A stretch of DNA of 60,124 nucleotides from assembly GCA_040752415.1 (NCBI GenBank), contig JBFMGU010000027.1, positions 1 to 60,124 on the forward strand, written 5' to 3'. The position numbers and the translations under genes are program-made. Of the stretch, positions 30,019-39,742 are shown in pieces; the first letter of the stretch is position 1, and each line of letters starts with the position of its first letter. A model generated the notes under the pieces. That model was given only the letters and a program-made list of their open reading frames with translations, searched no databases and was not told the DNA's origin. The DNA comes from Myxococcota bacterium (GTDB taxonomy: Bacteria; Myxococcota; JACRCW01).

Positions 30019-31809
30019 ATGATGCGACGACACCGTTCGACCTTCCTTTGCTTCGCCGCTCCCGTCCTCGCGACCGCGGTATGGCTGAGCGCACCACGCG
30101 CGGAGGCCTGCGGCGGGTTCTTCTGCGACGGCGGCAGCACGCCCATGCCTGTGGACCAGACCGGCGAGAACATCCTGTTCGTCACCGACGGGGCCATGGT
30201 GGAAGCGCACATCCAGATCCAGTACGCGGGTGAGCCGGAGCGCTTCAGCTGGGTGATTCCGGTGCCCTCGCTCCCCACGTTCCGCGTCGGCAGCCAGCCC
30301 CTCTTCGACAACCTGCTTGCCGGCTCGGTGCCCACGTACGGCATCACCACGACGGGATTCCGTTGTGACTCAAGCTTCTCCGGCTCCAGCGGCGGAGCGT
30401 TCAGCTCGGCGTCGTCGAGCGGCGGCGCCAGCAGCAGCAGCGGCGGAGGCGGTGCGCAGGTGGTGTACCGGGAGACGGTGGGCGTCTACGACGTCACCGT
30501 GCTGCAGGGCGGCTCCGGCCAGGAAGTGGTGACCTGGCTCAACGACAACGGCTACCAGCAGGACGTGGAAGCGCCGCCCATCCTCGACGAGTACGTGGCG
30601 CTGAACCACCTGTTCGTGGCGGTGAAGCTCATCCGTGACGCCGGGAGCAACGAGCTGCACCCATTGGTGGTGCGCTATCTCGGCGACAAGCCGTGCGTGC
30701 CGCTGAAGCTGACCGCCATTGCGTCCGTGGAGAACATGGGCGTGCGCGCGTTCTTCCTGGGTCAGAACCGCGTGGTGCCCGAGCGCTACAAGCACGTGGA
30801 GCTGAACCCGCTGCGCGTGGACTGGCTCAACCGGGGGAGCAACTACCGCACCGTCGTCAACAACGCGGTCAACGAGGCGCAGGGCGGTCTGGCCTTCATC
30901 ACCGAGTACGCGGGTCCCTCGTCGGTGGTGACCACATCATTCCCCTCGGTGGCGTACAGCGCACTATGGGACTCCAGCGTGTTCCAGGACGCGGAGCCGG
31001 TGAACGTGGTCACGCTGCTGCAGCAGCAGGGCCTGGCGGGCTGCGACCCGTTCTCGGGGTCGGTGTCGTCGACGTCGTCGGGTGGGTCGGGCGGCGCGTG
31101 CCTGTTCCGTCACCCGCTGCTCATCGGGCTGCTCCGTCGGTACGTGCCGGCGCCGGAGGGCGTGATGGAAGCGGACTTCTACGGCTGCCTCTCCTGCTAC
31201 GCGGAACGGATCGACCAGACGGCGTGGAACGGCGCGGAGTTCGCGGCCGCGCTCCAGGAGCGGATTGTGGAGCCGGGCCAGCACGCCCAGGAGATCCTGC
31301 AGCAGAACCCGTATCTCACGCGGCTCTTCACCACGATTTCTCCGTCGGAGATGGTGGAGGACCCCATGTTCCACGAGCGCACCGACCTGGAGGACGTGGC
31401 CACCGCGCGCAACGCCACGCGTGAGGTCCTGTGCAACAGCGAGGCTGCCGTGACCACGCCCGAGGGTCGCGTGGTGTGGACCAATGGTTTCTCCTGGCCA
31501 CAGTTCGACGACGACATGCCCTGGACCCTGCGCGTCGAGGAGTTCACCGAGAACGGTCCGGTGACGACGATTGCGGACAACACCGAGGTCGTCGACGCCG
31601 AGCTGGACGCCTGGAACACGCAGAACGGCTACTCGCTCACTTCCTCGGGTGGCGCCACGTCATCCGGCGGCACGGACACCAGCACCTCCAGCGGCGGAGG
31701 CCCGTTCACGCCGCCGGGAAGCGACGATGACTCCGGCGTGCCCGCGGACGGTTCCACCTGCGCATGCGCCATCCCGGTCACCGACGTGCCCATGGGATTG
31801 GCGGCGTAG
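30019..31809 (+). CDS. DUF2330-domain secreted protein; C-terminal MYXO-CTERM-like tail cut by an in-frame TAG
   Basis: AEACGGFFC...PVDQTGENILF N-terminus typical of DUF2330; frame continues past TAG 31807-31809 as LLGMLVRRRKTR to TGA 31846-31848. Confidence 0.88.
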   Translation: MMRRHRSTFLCFAAPVLATAVWLSAPRAEACGGFFCDGGSTPMPVDQTGENILFVTDGAMVEAHIQIQYAGEPERFSWVIPVPSLPTFRVGSQPLFDNLLAGSVPTYGITTTGFRCDSSFSGSSGGAFSSASSSGGASSSSGGGGAQVVYRETVGVYDVTVLQGGSGQEVVTWLNDNGYQQDVEAPPILDEYVALNHLFVAVKLIRDAGSNELHPLVVRYLGDKPCVPLKLTAIASVENMGVRAFFLGQNRVVPERYKHVELNPLRVDWLNRGSNYRTVVNNAVNEAQGGLAFITEYAGPSSVVTTSFPSVAYSALWDSSVFQDAEPVNVVTLLQQQGLAGCDPFSGSVSSTSSGGSGGACLFRHPLLIGLLRRYVPAPEGVMEADFYGCLSCYAERIDQTAWNGAEFAAALQERIVEPGQHAQEILQQNPYLTRLFTTISPSEMVEDPMFHERTDLEDVATARNATREVLCNSEAAVTTPEGRVVWTNGFSWPQFDDDMPWTLRVEEFTENGPVTTIADNTEVVDAELDAWNTQNGYSLTSSGGATSSGGTDTSTSSGGGPFTPPGSDDDSGVPADGSTCACAIPVTDVPMGLAA

Positions 31810-31851
31810 CTGTTGGGAATGCTGGTCCGTCGTCGGAAGACGCGCTGAGCT

Positions 31852-32862
31852 TCAGCGGCCGGCGTCCGGGCGTCGACACACCGGTGAGTCCGCAAGCGCC
31901 GACGCACAGTCTCCGGCCTCCGCCCGCTCCGTCCGACACACCAGCGTGTCCGACGGAGGATCTCCCCGCTGACCCACCCGCGGATAGGCGTCGCAGGCAT
32001 TGAGGCACTCCTGCGTCGTCGGGAACGCGTCGCATTGCGCGGCCATCACGCGGCAGTAGTGGGCGCAATCATCCCGACAGTAGAAGCCGAAGTACTCCGC
32101 CAGGTGTCCGCAGTACCTCGGGTCCGACGCCACCAGGCCCACGTAGTGGATGCGACACTGCAACGTGTTGCCGCTGGTCTCTCCGGGCAGACCCGTCTCC
32201 GGGAAGAGTGCGCACGCGGATTGGCATTCCTCCGACGTGGCGTGCATGCGTTGCTCGTTCTCCGCGCAGTAGGACATCTGCACGTCGCAGTAGGTGGTGC
32301 AATCCTGTGGCAGCGTGGCAATGAAACCCGCGTCCACCCCGCCCTGTCCGCCGGGGCTCCACACGTCGCAACAGCCCACGCGCCACTCGCGCTCCGCCGT
32401 GGCCAGCACGGTTCCTTCGCGGGAGACCAGGTCCACAGCCACCTGCACCGCGTGCTCCGTCCACGCGCTGGGCTCCACGTCCTGTTGCAGCAGCATGGGA
32501 ATCCCGTCGTCCTCGAAAGCGCCGTCCACCGACGTCAGCGAGACGTAGGAGCGCCCCTGTCCCAGGGAACGGTTGCTATCGCGCAGTGCGTAGCGGACCA
32601 CCAGGCCACGCGTGTTCTCGTCGACACCGACGTCACCGACGCGCAGGCTCAGCCACACGTGATGGCCGCCCTGGGGACCCTCCACCAGGCGAACCGCGCC
32701 GCCGTTGGAAACCTCGTGATGCCCCTGCCCCGACGCGGCCGCCCCCAGGCTCAGCTTCCCGTCGGCGGTGCCGGCATCCGCGCCTTCTTGCGTTGGGGAG
32801 GCGCAAGCCACCAGGCCCAGCACCAGGACGCAGGGAAATCTCACGCTCTCGAGGCTACCCAT
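31852..32862 (-). CDS. Hypothetical lipoprotein with two Cys-rich repeats
   Basis: GGAGGAG RBS; lipobox LVAC; GPQGGHHVW motif; repeated DCxxYC...ECxxAC..(F/Y)P...TLxCR units. Confidence 0.75.
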   Translation of the reverse strand: MGSLESVRFPCVLVLGLVACASPTQEGADAGTADGKLSLGAAASGQGHHEVSNGGAVRLVEGPQGGHHVWLSLRVGDVGVDENTRGLVVRYALRDSNRSLGQGRSYVSLTSVDGAFEDDGIPMLLQQDVEPSAWTEHAVQVAVDLVSREGTVLATAEREWRVGCCDVWSPGGQGGVDAGFIATLPQDCTTYCDVQMSYCAENEQRMHATSEECQSACALFPETGLPGETSGNTLQCRIHYVGLVASDPRYCGHLAEYFGFYCRDDCAHYCRVMAAQCDAFPTTQECLNACDAYPRVGQRGDPPSDTLVCRTERAEAGDCASALADSPVCRRPDAGR

Positions 32863-32944
32863 CGCTCCTCCCGACGACAACAAGGCCCGATGTGCACGCT
32901 CCAGGCCAGCCTGTTATGTCGGGTGCGGGGGTTGGAGGTAGCGC

Positions 32945-33559
32945 ATGTCCCTGAGCATCCGTCTCTACACTGACTTTGTTTGACCGTTCTGCTTCATCGC
33001 GGAGCGCAGCAGCCTGGTCAGGTTGCAGGAAAACTACGACATCGAGATCGACTGGCGCGGCTTTGAGCTTCACCCGGAGACCCCGGAGGGCGGCATGCCC
33101 ATCACGCGGCTCTTCCCGGCATCCCGCGTTGGTCCCATGCATGAACGTCTTAAGAACTTTGCCGCGGAGTTCGGCATCACCGGCATGATTCCCTCCCAAC
33201 ACATTCCCAACACGCGGCGCGCGCTCGCCGTCGCCGAGTGGGCACGGGAGAAGGGCAAGCTGACGCCTTTCCGTCACCGCGCCATGGATGCCTATTGGCT
33301 CGAGGGAAAGAACGTGGAGGACGTGAAGGTGCTGCAGGAGGTGGCCACCGCCGCCGGCCTGCCCGCCGAGGAAGTCCCCGCCGCCATGAATGACGAGCGC
33401 TACCTCGCGCGCATCGACGACACCCGCGCCGAGGCCAACGAGATGGGCGTGACCGGCATTCCCACGTTCATCTTTGGCAACCTCGCCGTCGTGGGCTGCC
33501 AGCCGTATGAAGTGCTGGAGCGGGTGGCGCTGCGCGCCGGTGCCAAGCCGAGGAAGTGA
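32945..33559 (+). CDS. DsbA/FrnE-family thiol-disulfide oxidoreductase, selenoprotein (UxxC)
   Basis: GGAGGT RBS 32934-32939, ATG 32945, MSLSIRLYTDFV-[TGA 32981-32983]-PFCFIAE in frame with WRGFELHPETP...GVTGIPTFIF...GCQP. Confidence 0.9.
33009..33026 (+). promoter_or_regulatory. Bacterial SECIS element
   Basis: Hairpin GCAGCCT-GGTC-AGGTTGC; apical loop begins 32 nt after the TGA, starts with G and contains GU. Confidence 0.75.
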
Positions 33560-34102
33560 TCACGCCGCGGGAGGAGGCGTGAGGTCTTTCTGCAGTTGCG
33601 CCAAGTCCTCGTCGGAGAGGCGCCGGCTGTGGCGTTGCACCTTGGCCAGCAGCTCGGGGTCCTTCACGTACTCCACCGCGCACGTCGTGTGGACGTACGC
33701 TGCTCCGTCGGGGGGAACGGAGCCGGGCGGACGGGCCACGGCCACGCGCAGCATCCCCTTGTCGATGGGCTGTCGGCAGGACTGACAGCGTGACCGCGCC
33801 GTGGGCGCATGCTCCGCGAACGGGAACGGCGGACGCGCGGTGTCAATGGATTCGGCAATGGCCTGGTCCACTTCCGCCCGATTGGGCACCGCGCCGGTGA
33901 ACGTCTCCAGCGTCTCCTTGACGAGCTGCGGCTTCTTGCGCGCGGCACAGAGCAGGTGATGCCACTGGTGCGTCGCGCCGCCTTCCGGATCAAACGCGTT
34001 GGCGGCCTCCTCACCAAAACGCAGCTCACCCTTCCCAATCTTCTCCCTGCACGTTCGACACGACGCGCGCCCCGACTTCGCCTCCTCGATCATGTGCGGC
34101 AT
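33560..34102 (-). CDS. Tandem PARP-type zinc finger protein
   Basis: EEAKSGRASCRTC...IGKGELR...WHHLLC and EHAPTARSRCQSC...IDKGMLR...VHTTC; GGAGGT RBS before ATG 34102. Confidence 0.85.
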   Translation of the reverse strand: MPHMIEEAKSGRASCRTCREKIGKGELRFGEEAANAFDPEGGATHQWHHLLCAARKKPQLVKETLETFTGAVPNRAEVDQAIAESIDTARPPFPFAEHAPTARSRCQSCRQPIDKGMLRVAVARPPGSVPPDGAAYVHTTCAVEYVKDPELLAKVQRHSRRLSDEDLAQLQKDLTPPPAA

Positions 34103-34176
34103 GGCGACACCTCCACCGGGTCCTTCCCGTACGCTCAAGGTGTAGAGCCAGGCGCGCCGGGAAGCCAAGAAATCCG

Positions 34177-36240
34177 TCACTTGCTCTCGAACGACTCCAC
34201 GCCCTGCCACCCCTCCGGCGCGCCGTGTTTGGCGTGGTGCTCACAGCGCTTCGCGTAGAACTGCGCAGCCCCGTCGGCGGGATTGCGCTGCAGCACCTGT
34301 TGGAACCCGGCCGCCGCCTCGGTGAACCGACCCGCGAAGTGGTGCTCCAGCGCCTGCTCGAACAGCTCCCGTGTGGCGTCCTTGCCCGTGCGCACGTCGT
34401 CATCGTCGCCGGCGTAGACCTCGAAGAGGAGGACGGGATGCTGCTTGCCCTTCACCCGCACGCGCCCCAGCGGCCGGCTCGCGGGGGGATGGACACTGCC
34501 GCGCAGGCTGTTCTCCGTCGCCACCACGGACGCGCCGTAGTACTTGCTGAGCCCTTCCACGCGCGAGGCCAGGTTCACCGCGTCGGAGATCACCGTCCCC
34601 TCCAGCCGCTTCTCCTCCCCCACCACGCCGAGCATGAGCGTGCCGGTGTGCATGCCAATGCCCATGCGGATGGGGTCCACGCCGCGCGCGGCCAGCTTGG
34701 CATTCACGCTTCGCAGCTCGACGAGGATGTCCACCGCGCAGCGCAGCGCGTCCTCGGGACTGGTCGGGAAGAGCGCCATGATCGCGTCGCCAATGTACTT
34801 GTCGATGAACCCGTGGTGACGCCGGATGACCGGCCCAATCTCCCGCATGTACCCGTTGATGAACTCAAAGGTCTCGCGCGGGGTCATGCGCTCGCTGCGG
34901 TCCGTGAAGGAGCGGATGTCCGTGAACAACACGGTCATCTCCAGCTGCACCTGGTCACCCAGCTTGACGTCGACAATGTTGTCCAGCTTCAGGTGATGCA
35001 GGAACTCCCGCGGCACGAAGCGCGCAAACGACTCCGCCATGTGCGTCTGCGTCTCCAGCGCCTTCTGCTGGACGGCCAGCTTCTCGCGGTTCAGCCGGTT
35101 GGTGCGATCCGCCAGGCCAAAGGAGAACAGGACCATCTGCAGCGCGGCTCCCGCTACGACGCCGTAGGAGAAGATCGCCGGGACCAGGCCGCTGCCCGCC
35201 ATGGTGCTGAGGTTGGCGGCGAACATGAACGCCAGCTGCGCCACCGCAAAGTAGGAGGCAGACCGGTTGCCCTTGACCCACAGGTACACGCTGACACCGA
35301 CGAGCGTCCACGGCACCGGGATCATCAACACCATGCTGATGATCAGCGACTTGTCGAACGCGACGTACGACGTGAACAGGTTGATGGGGCACAACCACAA
35401 CGCAAAGCGAAGAAAGCGGTCGACGCGCGGCGTGAGCTCCCGCGTGCGCAGGAAGGTCCGACCCAGCTGCACGGTCAGGCCGATCCCGACGGTGAAGTGC
35501 GTGGCAATGAGCTGCGACGTCCAAGGCACCAGCTCCGGGAACATCACGTTGAGCATGCCGTGGTCGATGGGAAGCGTGGGCGCCATGGTCCCCACCCACA
35601 GCGCGTACCAGAGCGAATTGCTCTCCCTCAGCGCGATGCCTATGAACAGGTTGTACAGCACCATGATCAGCGCCATGCCGAAGAAGATGCCGAAGAACAC
35701 CATGACCCACGCGTCGGTGGCGCGGAGGCGCGCGTCGCTGAGGAAGCGCATGGGGAAGTTGGCGTTCCACTGCGTCTCCGCGCGCACGTAGATGGCCACG
35801 TCGACGCTGCGCGGCAGGTCCAACCGGAACACCGGCTGGCGGTGACGCACGTCCGCCTCGTGGACATGGCGCAGGCCGCCGGCGTGGCGCTGCACGGTCC
35901 CGTCAGGGAGGAGGACAAAGAGCTGGATGGACTCGACGAGCGCGTTGTCCAGCATCAGCAGCCACGGTTCCGTCGTCGTGCGCTGGTTGCGAACGGTGAA
36001 ACGCAGCCAGAAGGTCCCGCCCTCAAAGCCGAACGAGGGATGACCCTCCACGGGCTTGAACTGCTCGCTGACGCGGGCCTGGTCCAACGTCATCGCCGGG
36101 TCGGCGCCGGTGATGACCTGGAGCGCGGACGAGACCTCGAGCTCGTGGGTCTCGTCGGTGAGGACCAGGGGTGCTGCGGGATTCCCGTCGTGGACGGAGA
36201 GCGCGGAGGCCAGGCACAGCGCAATCAGCAGCATGACCAC
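34177..36240 (-). CDS. 7TM-DISM receptor class III adenylate/guanylate cyclase
   Basis: DISMED2-like FWLRF...HRQPVF, seven TM helices, FTDIRSFT, DKYIGDAIM and SDAVNLASRVE. Confidence 0.92.
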   Translation of the reverse strand: MVMLLIALCLASALSVHDGNPAAPLVLTDETHELEVSSALQVITGADPAMTLDQARVSEQFKPVEGHPSFGFEGGTFWLRFTVRNQRTTTEPWLLMLDNALVESIQLFVLLPDGTVQRHAGGLRHVHEADVRHRQPVFRLDLPRSVDVAIYVRAETQWNANFPMRFLSDARLRATDAWVMVFFGIFFGMALIMVLYNLFIGIALRESNSLWYALWVGTMAPTLPIDHGMLNVMFPELVPWTSQLIATHFTVGIGLTVQLGRTFLRTRELTPRVDRFLRFALWLCPINLFTSYVAFDKSLIISMVLMIPVPWTLVGVSVYLWVKGNRSASYFAVAQLAFMFAANLSTMAGSGLVPAIFSYGVVAGAALQMVLFSFGLADRTNRLNREKLAVQQKALETQTHMAESFARFVPREFLHHLKLDNIVDVKLGDQVQLEMTVLFTDIRSFTDRSERMTPRETFEFINGYMREIGPVIRRHHGFIDKYIGDAIMALFPTSPEDALRCAVDILVELRSVNAKLAARGVDPIRMGIGMHTGTLMLGVVGEEKRLEGTVISDAVNLASRVEGLSKYYGASVVATENSLRGSVHPPASRPLGRVRVKGKQHPVLLFEVYAGDDDDVRTGKDATRELFEQALEHHFAGRFTEAAAGFQQVLQRNPADGAAQFYAKRCEHHAKHGAPEGWQGVESFESK

Positions 36241-36294
36241 GGAGTAACACGACGCAACGCAACCCGTCCTCCGCGGTGCGCCGGAGCCACCACG

Positions 36295-37062
36295 TCAACC
36301 CGGGTTTGCTCGGGGCGGGGATGGCATCATGTGCGGCGCACGCTCGGGAGCGGCCTGCTGCGGGAACTGCTTGCGCGCGGCCAGGATGGCGTCGGCAACC
36401 TTGCGGGTGAGGCGCGTGGCCAGGCGCGTGATCAGGTCTTGATCGTCGACGTACGCGGAGGCTTCCGCCGCGGTGTCCTCACCCCACGCCAGGATCTGTC
36501 CACTGCGCTTGTCGACGAGCCGGACGTGCACGCCAATCTGCGCCATCTGGTACACGCCGGGACGGTCGCCCACGTAGTGGAACGCCGACGTGGTGCTGCC
36601 CAGCAGGACCGCATCCGCGCCCGCCAGTCCCGCGCTCACCTCGGGCAACATCTCCTGGCCGCCCTTGGTTCCGTCGGTGGGTCCCAGCGCCTGCTCCTGC
36701 AGCACGGCGGCCAACCGGCTCCGCTCGACGACGTCGACGACCTTGGTGGCCAGGAAGTACTCCTCGAATCGCTCAGCAATCTGCTCCCCGGCGGCGCGGT
36801 GCGGGAAGAACATGCGGCCGCGCATGGCGGAGTCGTCGCGGAAGACCTCCAGCTCATTGCCCGGCGTCCACGAGCTGTCACGGAAGGGCGGAACCGCCAG
36901 GGTGCGCACCGTGGCCAGCTGCTCCGGCCGCACCACCTCCACGACGGCACCACGTGCGTCCGCCTCGCGCATGCTCTGCGACATCATCATGTTGCTTGGC
37001 GGAATGGTGAGGAATGAACAGCCCGCGAGACCCACAACCGCAACCGCCGCACCCCAGCGCAT
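36295..37062 (-). CDS. CsgG/HfaB-like lipoprotein
   Basis: Lipobox LAGC; VVERSRLAAVLQEQAL...GADAVLLGS...VRLVDKRSGQIL pattern. Confidence 0.7.
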   Translation of the reverse strand: MRWGAAVAVVGLAGCSFLTIPPSNMMMSQSMREADARGAVVEVVRPEQLATVRTLAVPPFRDSSWTPGNELEVFRDDSAMRGRMFFPHRAAGEQIAERFEEYFLATKVVDVVERSRLAAVLQEQALGPTDGTKGGQEMLPEVSAGLAGADAVLLGSTTSAFHYVGDRPGVYQMAQIGVHVRLVDKRSGQILAWGEDTAAEASAYVDDQDLITRLATRLTRKVADAILAARKQFPQQAAPERAPHMMPSPPRANPG

Positions 37063-37128
37063 GGAAGGCTCCTTGGCGTCACCAGGGTGGTACGCCATGA
37101 CCTCTCAAACGCTCAAGCTCAGGGAACA

Positions 37129-37424
37129 GGGTCACGAAGCGGGTGAGCGCGACAACGTCGCCCTGGAGTGCGGTGCGAACCCGTTGCACATGCCACGACG
37201 TCAAGCACCGCCCTGGATCGGTCTTCCATGGCTCCTCGTCGTCAAATGGAACCTCGACCACGTGAGGGGCTGCGTCAGGAGAAGCCCCTGACGTCGCCAG
37301 CTCGCCACGGGGATCGGGCAGCCGTGAGGGCCGATCCAGGGCGGTGCTTGACGTCGTGGCATGCGCGAGCGTGTTCGCACCGCACTCCAGGGCGACGTTG
37401 TCGCGCTCACCCGCCTCGTGACCC
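37129..37424. repeat. Long inverted repeat element B (REPIN/MITE-like)
   Basis: ~93-bp arms 37129-37221 and 37331-37424 with a 109-bp spacer; each arm holds GGAG-T-GCGGTGC...GCACCGC-CCTGG. Confidence 0.9.
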
Positions 37425-37438
37425 CCACGTCGACGGGC

Positions 37439-39640
37439 CTACTGCTCCGACTTCAGCTCATGCAGCAGGAAGGCGAACTTGTCCGCGTTCTCCTCGATGA
37501 GCTTGCTGGTGGGCTTGCCCGCGCCGTGACCGGCCTTGGTGTCAATGCGGATGATCACCGGAGCCACCCCGCCCTGCGCCTTCTGGATGGCCGCCGCGAA
37601 CTTGAAGCTGTGCGCCGGCACCACGCGGTCGTCGTGATCGGCGGTGGTGATGAGCGTGGCGGGATACTTCATCCCCGGCTTCAGGTTGTGCAGCGGGGAG
37701 TACTTCATCAGGTACTGGAACTGCGCGGCGTCGTCGGAAGAACCGTATTCGCTGGTCCACGCGTGGCCAATGGTGAACTTGTGGAAGCGCAGCATGTCCA
37801 TCACGCCCACCTGCGCCAACGCCGCGCCAAACAGCTCCGGCCGCTGCGTGATGCACGCGCCCACGAGGAGACCGCCGTTGGACCCGCCACCAATCGCCAG
37901 CTTCTCCGGCTTGGTGATGCCGCTCTTCGTCAGGAATTCCGCGGCGGAAATGAAGTCGTCAAACACGTTCTGCTTCTTGTCCAGCATGCCCGCCGAGTGC
38001 CAGTCCTCGCCGTACTCGCCGCCGCCGCGCAACGTGGGCTGCGCGTACACGCAACCGCGCTCCAGCCAGGCAATGAGCGGAACGCTGAATGACGGCGTCA
38101 GGCTCACGTTGAATCCGCCGTAACCGTACAGGTACGTGCAGCGGTTCCCGTCCATGGCCAGCCCCTTCTTGTGCACCAGGAACATGGGGACCTTGGTGCC
38201 GTCCTTGGACGGGTAGAACTCCTGCCGCACCTCGTAGTCCTCCGGCTTGAAGCTCACCTGCGGCTGACGGAAGAGCGTGCTCTCACCGGTCTTGACGTCG
38301 AGACGGAAGATGGTGGTGGGGTAGTTGAAGGAGGTGAAGCCGTAGAACGTCTCGGTGTCGGTGCTCTTGCCGTCAAAGCCCATGGCGGTGCCAATGGCGG
38401 GCAGCGAAATGTCCTTGGTCTTCTTGCCGGCAATGTCGTGCAGCGTGATGAGCGTGTGCGCGTCATGCAGCCAGCCGGCGAGGAAGCCGCCGCCCAGCAT
38501 GGTGACGAACTCCAGCTTGTCGGCACCCTGGGGAATCAGCTCCTTCCAGTTCTTCTTGTCCGCCTTCTTGACGTCGACAGCCACCAGCCTTCCACGCGGC
38601 GCGTCCAGGTCGGTCTTGATGAAGAACGTGCCGCCCTTGTTGCCAATGAAGTCGTACGCGCCGTCAAAGGCATCAAACAGCTTCACCACCGGCGCGCCCT
38701 TCTTCATCTCCTTGAAGTACAGGCGGTTGCGCCGGTCCGTGCCTTCCCACACGTGGATGATGAGGTACTTCCCATCCTCGGTCACGCGCGCGTCAAAGCC
38801 GCGGGTCTTGTTGTCCTTGTCCTCGAACACCAGCTCGTCGTCTTTCTGCTCGGTGCCGAGGCGGTGGTAGTAGACCTTGTGGAAGTAGTTGGCCTCCTCC
38901 AGCGCGTCGCCCTCCTTGGGCTCCGGGTAGCGGCTGTAGAAAAAGCCTTTCTTGTCCTTGCTCCACGACGCACCGGAGAACTTGCTCCACTTGATGACGT
39001 CGGGGAGGTCATTGCCGGTGGCCACGTCCTTGACGCGCCATTCCACCCAGTCGCTGCCACCGTTGGACAGGCCGTAGGCCATCAGCGTGCCGTCGTCGGT
39101 GAGCTTGAGGCCGTTGAGGGCAATGGTGCCGTCGGCGGAGAGCGCGTTGGGGTCCAGCAGGACCTTGGGCTCAGCGTCGAGTTTCTCCAGCGTGTAGAGG
39201 ACGCTCTGGTTCTGCAGGCCGTCGTTCTTGAAGTAGAAGTAGCGCTTGCCCTCGTGGAACGGCGGGCTGAAACGCTCGTAGTTCCACAGCTCGGTGAGGC
39301 GCATCTTGAGCACTTCACGTGAGGTGATCTTGCCCAGGTAGCCGAACGTGACCTGGTTCTGGGCCTCCACCCACTTGCGCGTCTCCTCGGAGTCCGGGTC
39401 CTCCAGCCAACGGTACGGGTCGGGCACCTTGGTGCCGTGGTATTCGTCGACGTGATCAGCAAGGCGGGTGTCGGGGTACTTCACGGCGGGTTCCGGCGCG
39501 GGAGGCGGGGGTGCGGCCTTGGTGTCGGCGGTCGGCTCCGCCGGCTTGGCGGGCTCCTTCTTGGCCTCCGACGAGGAAGCGCAGGCCGCCGCGACGACGA
39601 CGCCCAACGCAAAAGCGGAGATGACCAGGGCACGGGACAT
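37439..39640 (-). CDS. Prolyl oligopeptidase (peptidase S9A), lipoprotein
   Basis: [21 protein letters not shown] (catalytic Ser), DHDDRV and AGHGAGK; lipobox AAAC. Confidence 0.96.
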   Translation of the reverse strand: MSRALVISAFALGVVVAAACASSSEAKKEPAKPAEPTADTKAAPPPPAPEPAVKYPDTRLADHVDEYHGTKVPDPYRWLEDPDSEETRKWVEAQNQVTFGYLGKITSREVLKMRLTELWNYERFSPPFHEGKRYFYFKNDGLQNQSVLYTLEKLDAEPKVLLDPNALSADGTIALNGLKLTDDGTLMAYGLSNGGSDWVEWRVKDVATGNDLPDVIKWSKFSGASWSKDKKGFFYSRYPEPKEGDALEEANYFHKVYYHRLGTEQKDDELVFEDKDNKTRGFDARVTEDGKYLIIHVWEGTDRRNRLYFKEMKKGAPVVKLFDAFDGAYDFIGNKGGTFFIKTDLDAPRGRLVAVDVKKADKKNWKELIPQGADKLEFVTMLGGGFLAGWLHDAHTLITLHDIAGKKTKDISLPAIGTAMGFDGKSTDTETFYGFTSFNYPTTIFRLDVKTGESTLFRQPQVSFKPEDYEVRQEFYPSKDGTKVPMFLVHKKGLAMDGNRCTYLYGYGGFNVSLTPSFSVPLIAWLERGCVYAQPTLRGGGEYGEDWHSAGMLDKKQNVFDDFISAAEFLTKSGITKPEKLAIGGGSNGGLLVGACITQRPELFGAALAQVGVMDMLRFHKFTIGHAWTSEYGSSDDAAQFQYLMKYSPLHNLKPGMKYPATLITTADHDDRVVPAHSFKFAAAIQKAQGGVAPVIIRIDTKAGHGAGKPTSKLIEENADKFAFLLHELKSEQ

Positions 39641-39742
39641 GGGAGGCTCCGGTGGATGGAGAAGGGTTGTCTGGGGCGGCTCTCCTACTTGCGGCAGCCG
39701 CGCGACGCCAGTGGACAGGTATCGAAGGGATTGCCTGGGCCT

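Noticed and set aside
31807..31809. Pyrrolysine decoding of the TAG
   Set aside because: The position lies in a TM helix, not an active site, and no pyl genes are visible; a nonsense change or error is simpler
31852..33559. Idea that the Sec-DsbA directly folds the neighbouring Cys-rich lipoproteins
   Set aside because: The selenoprotein has no signal peptide, so it is probably in a different compartment; adjacency alone is not evidence
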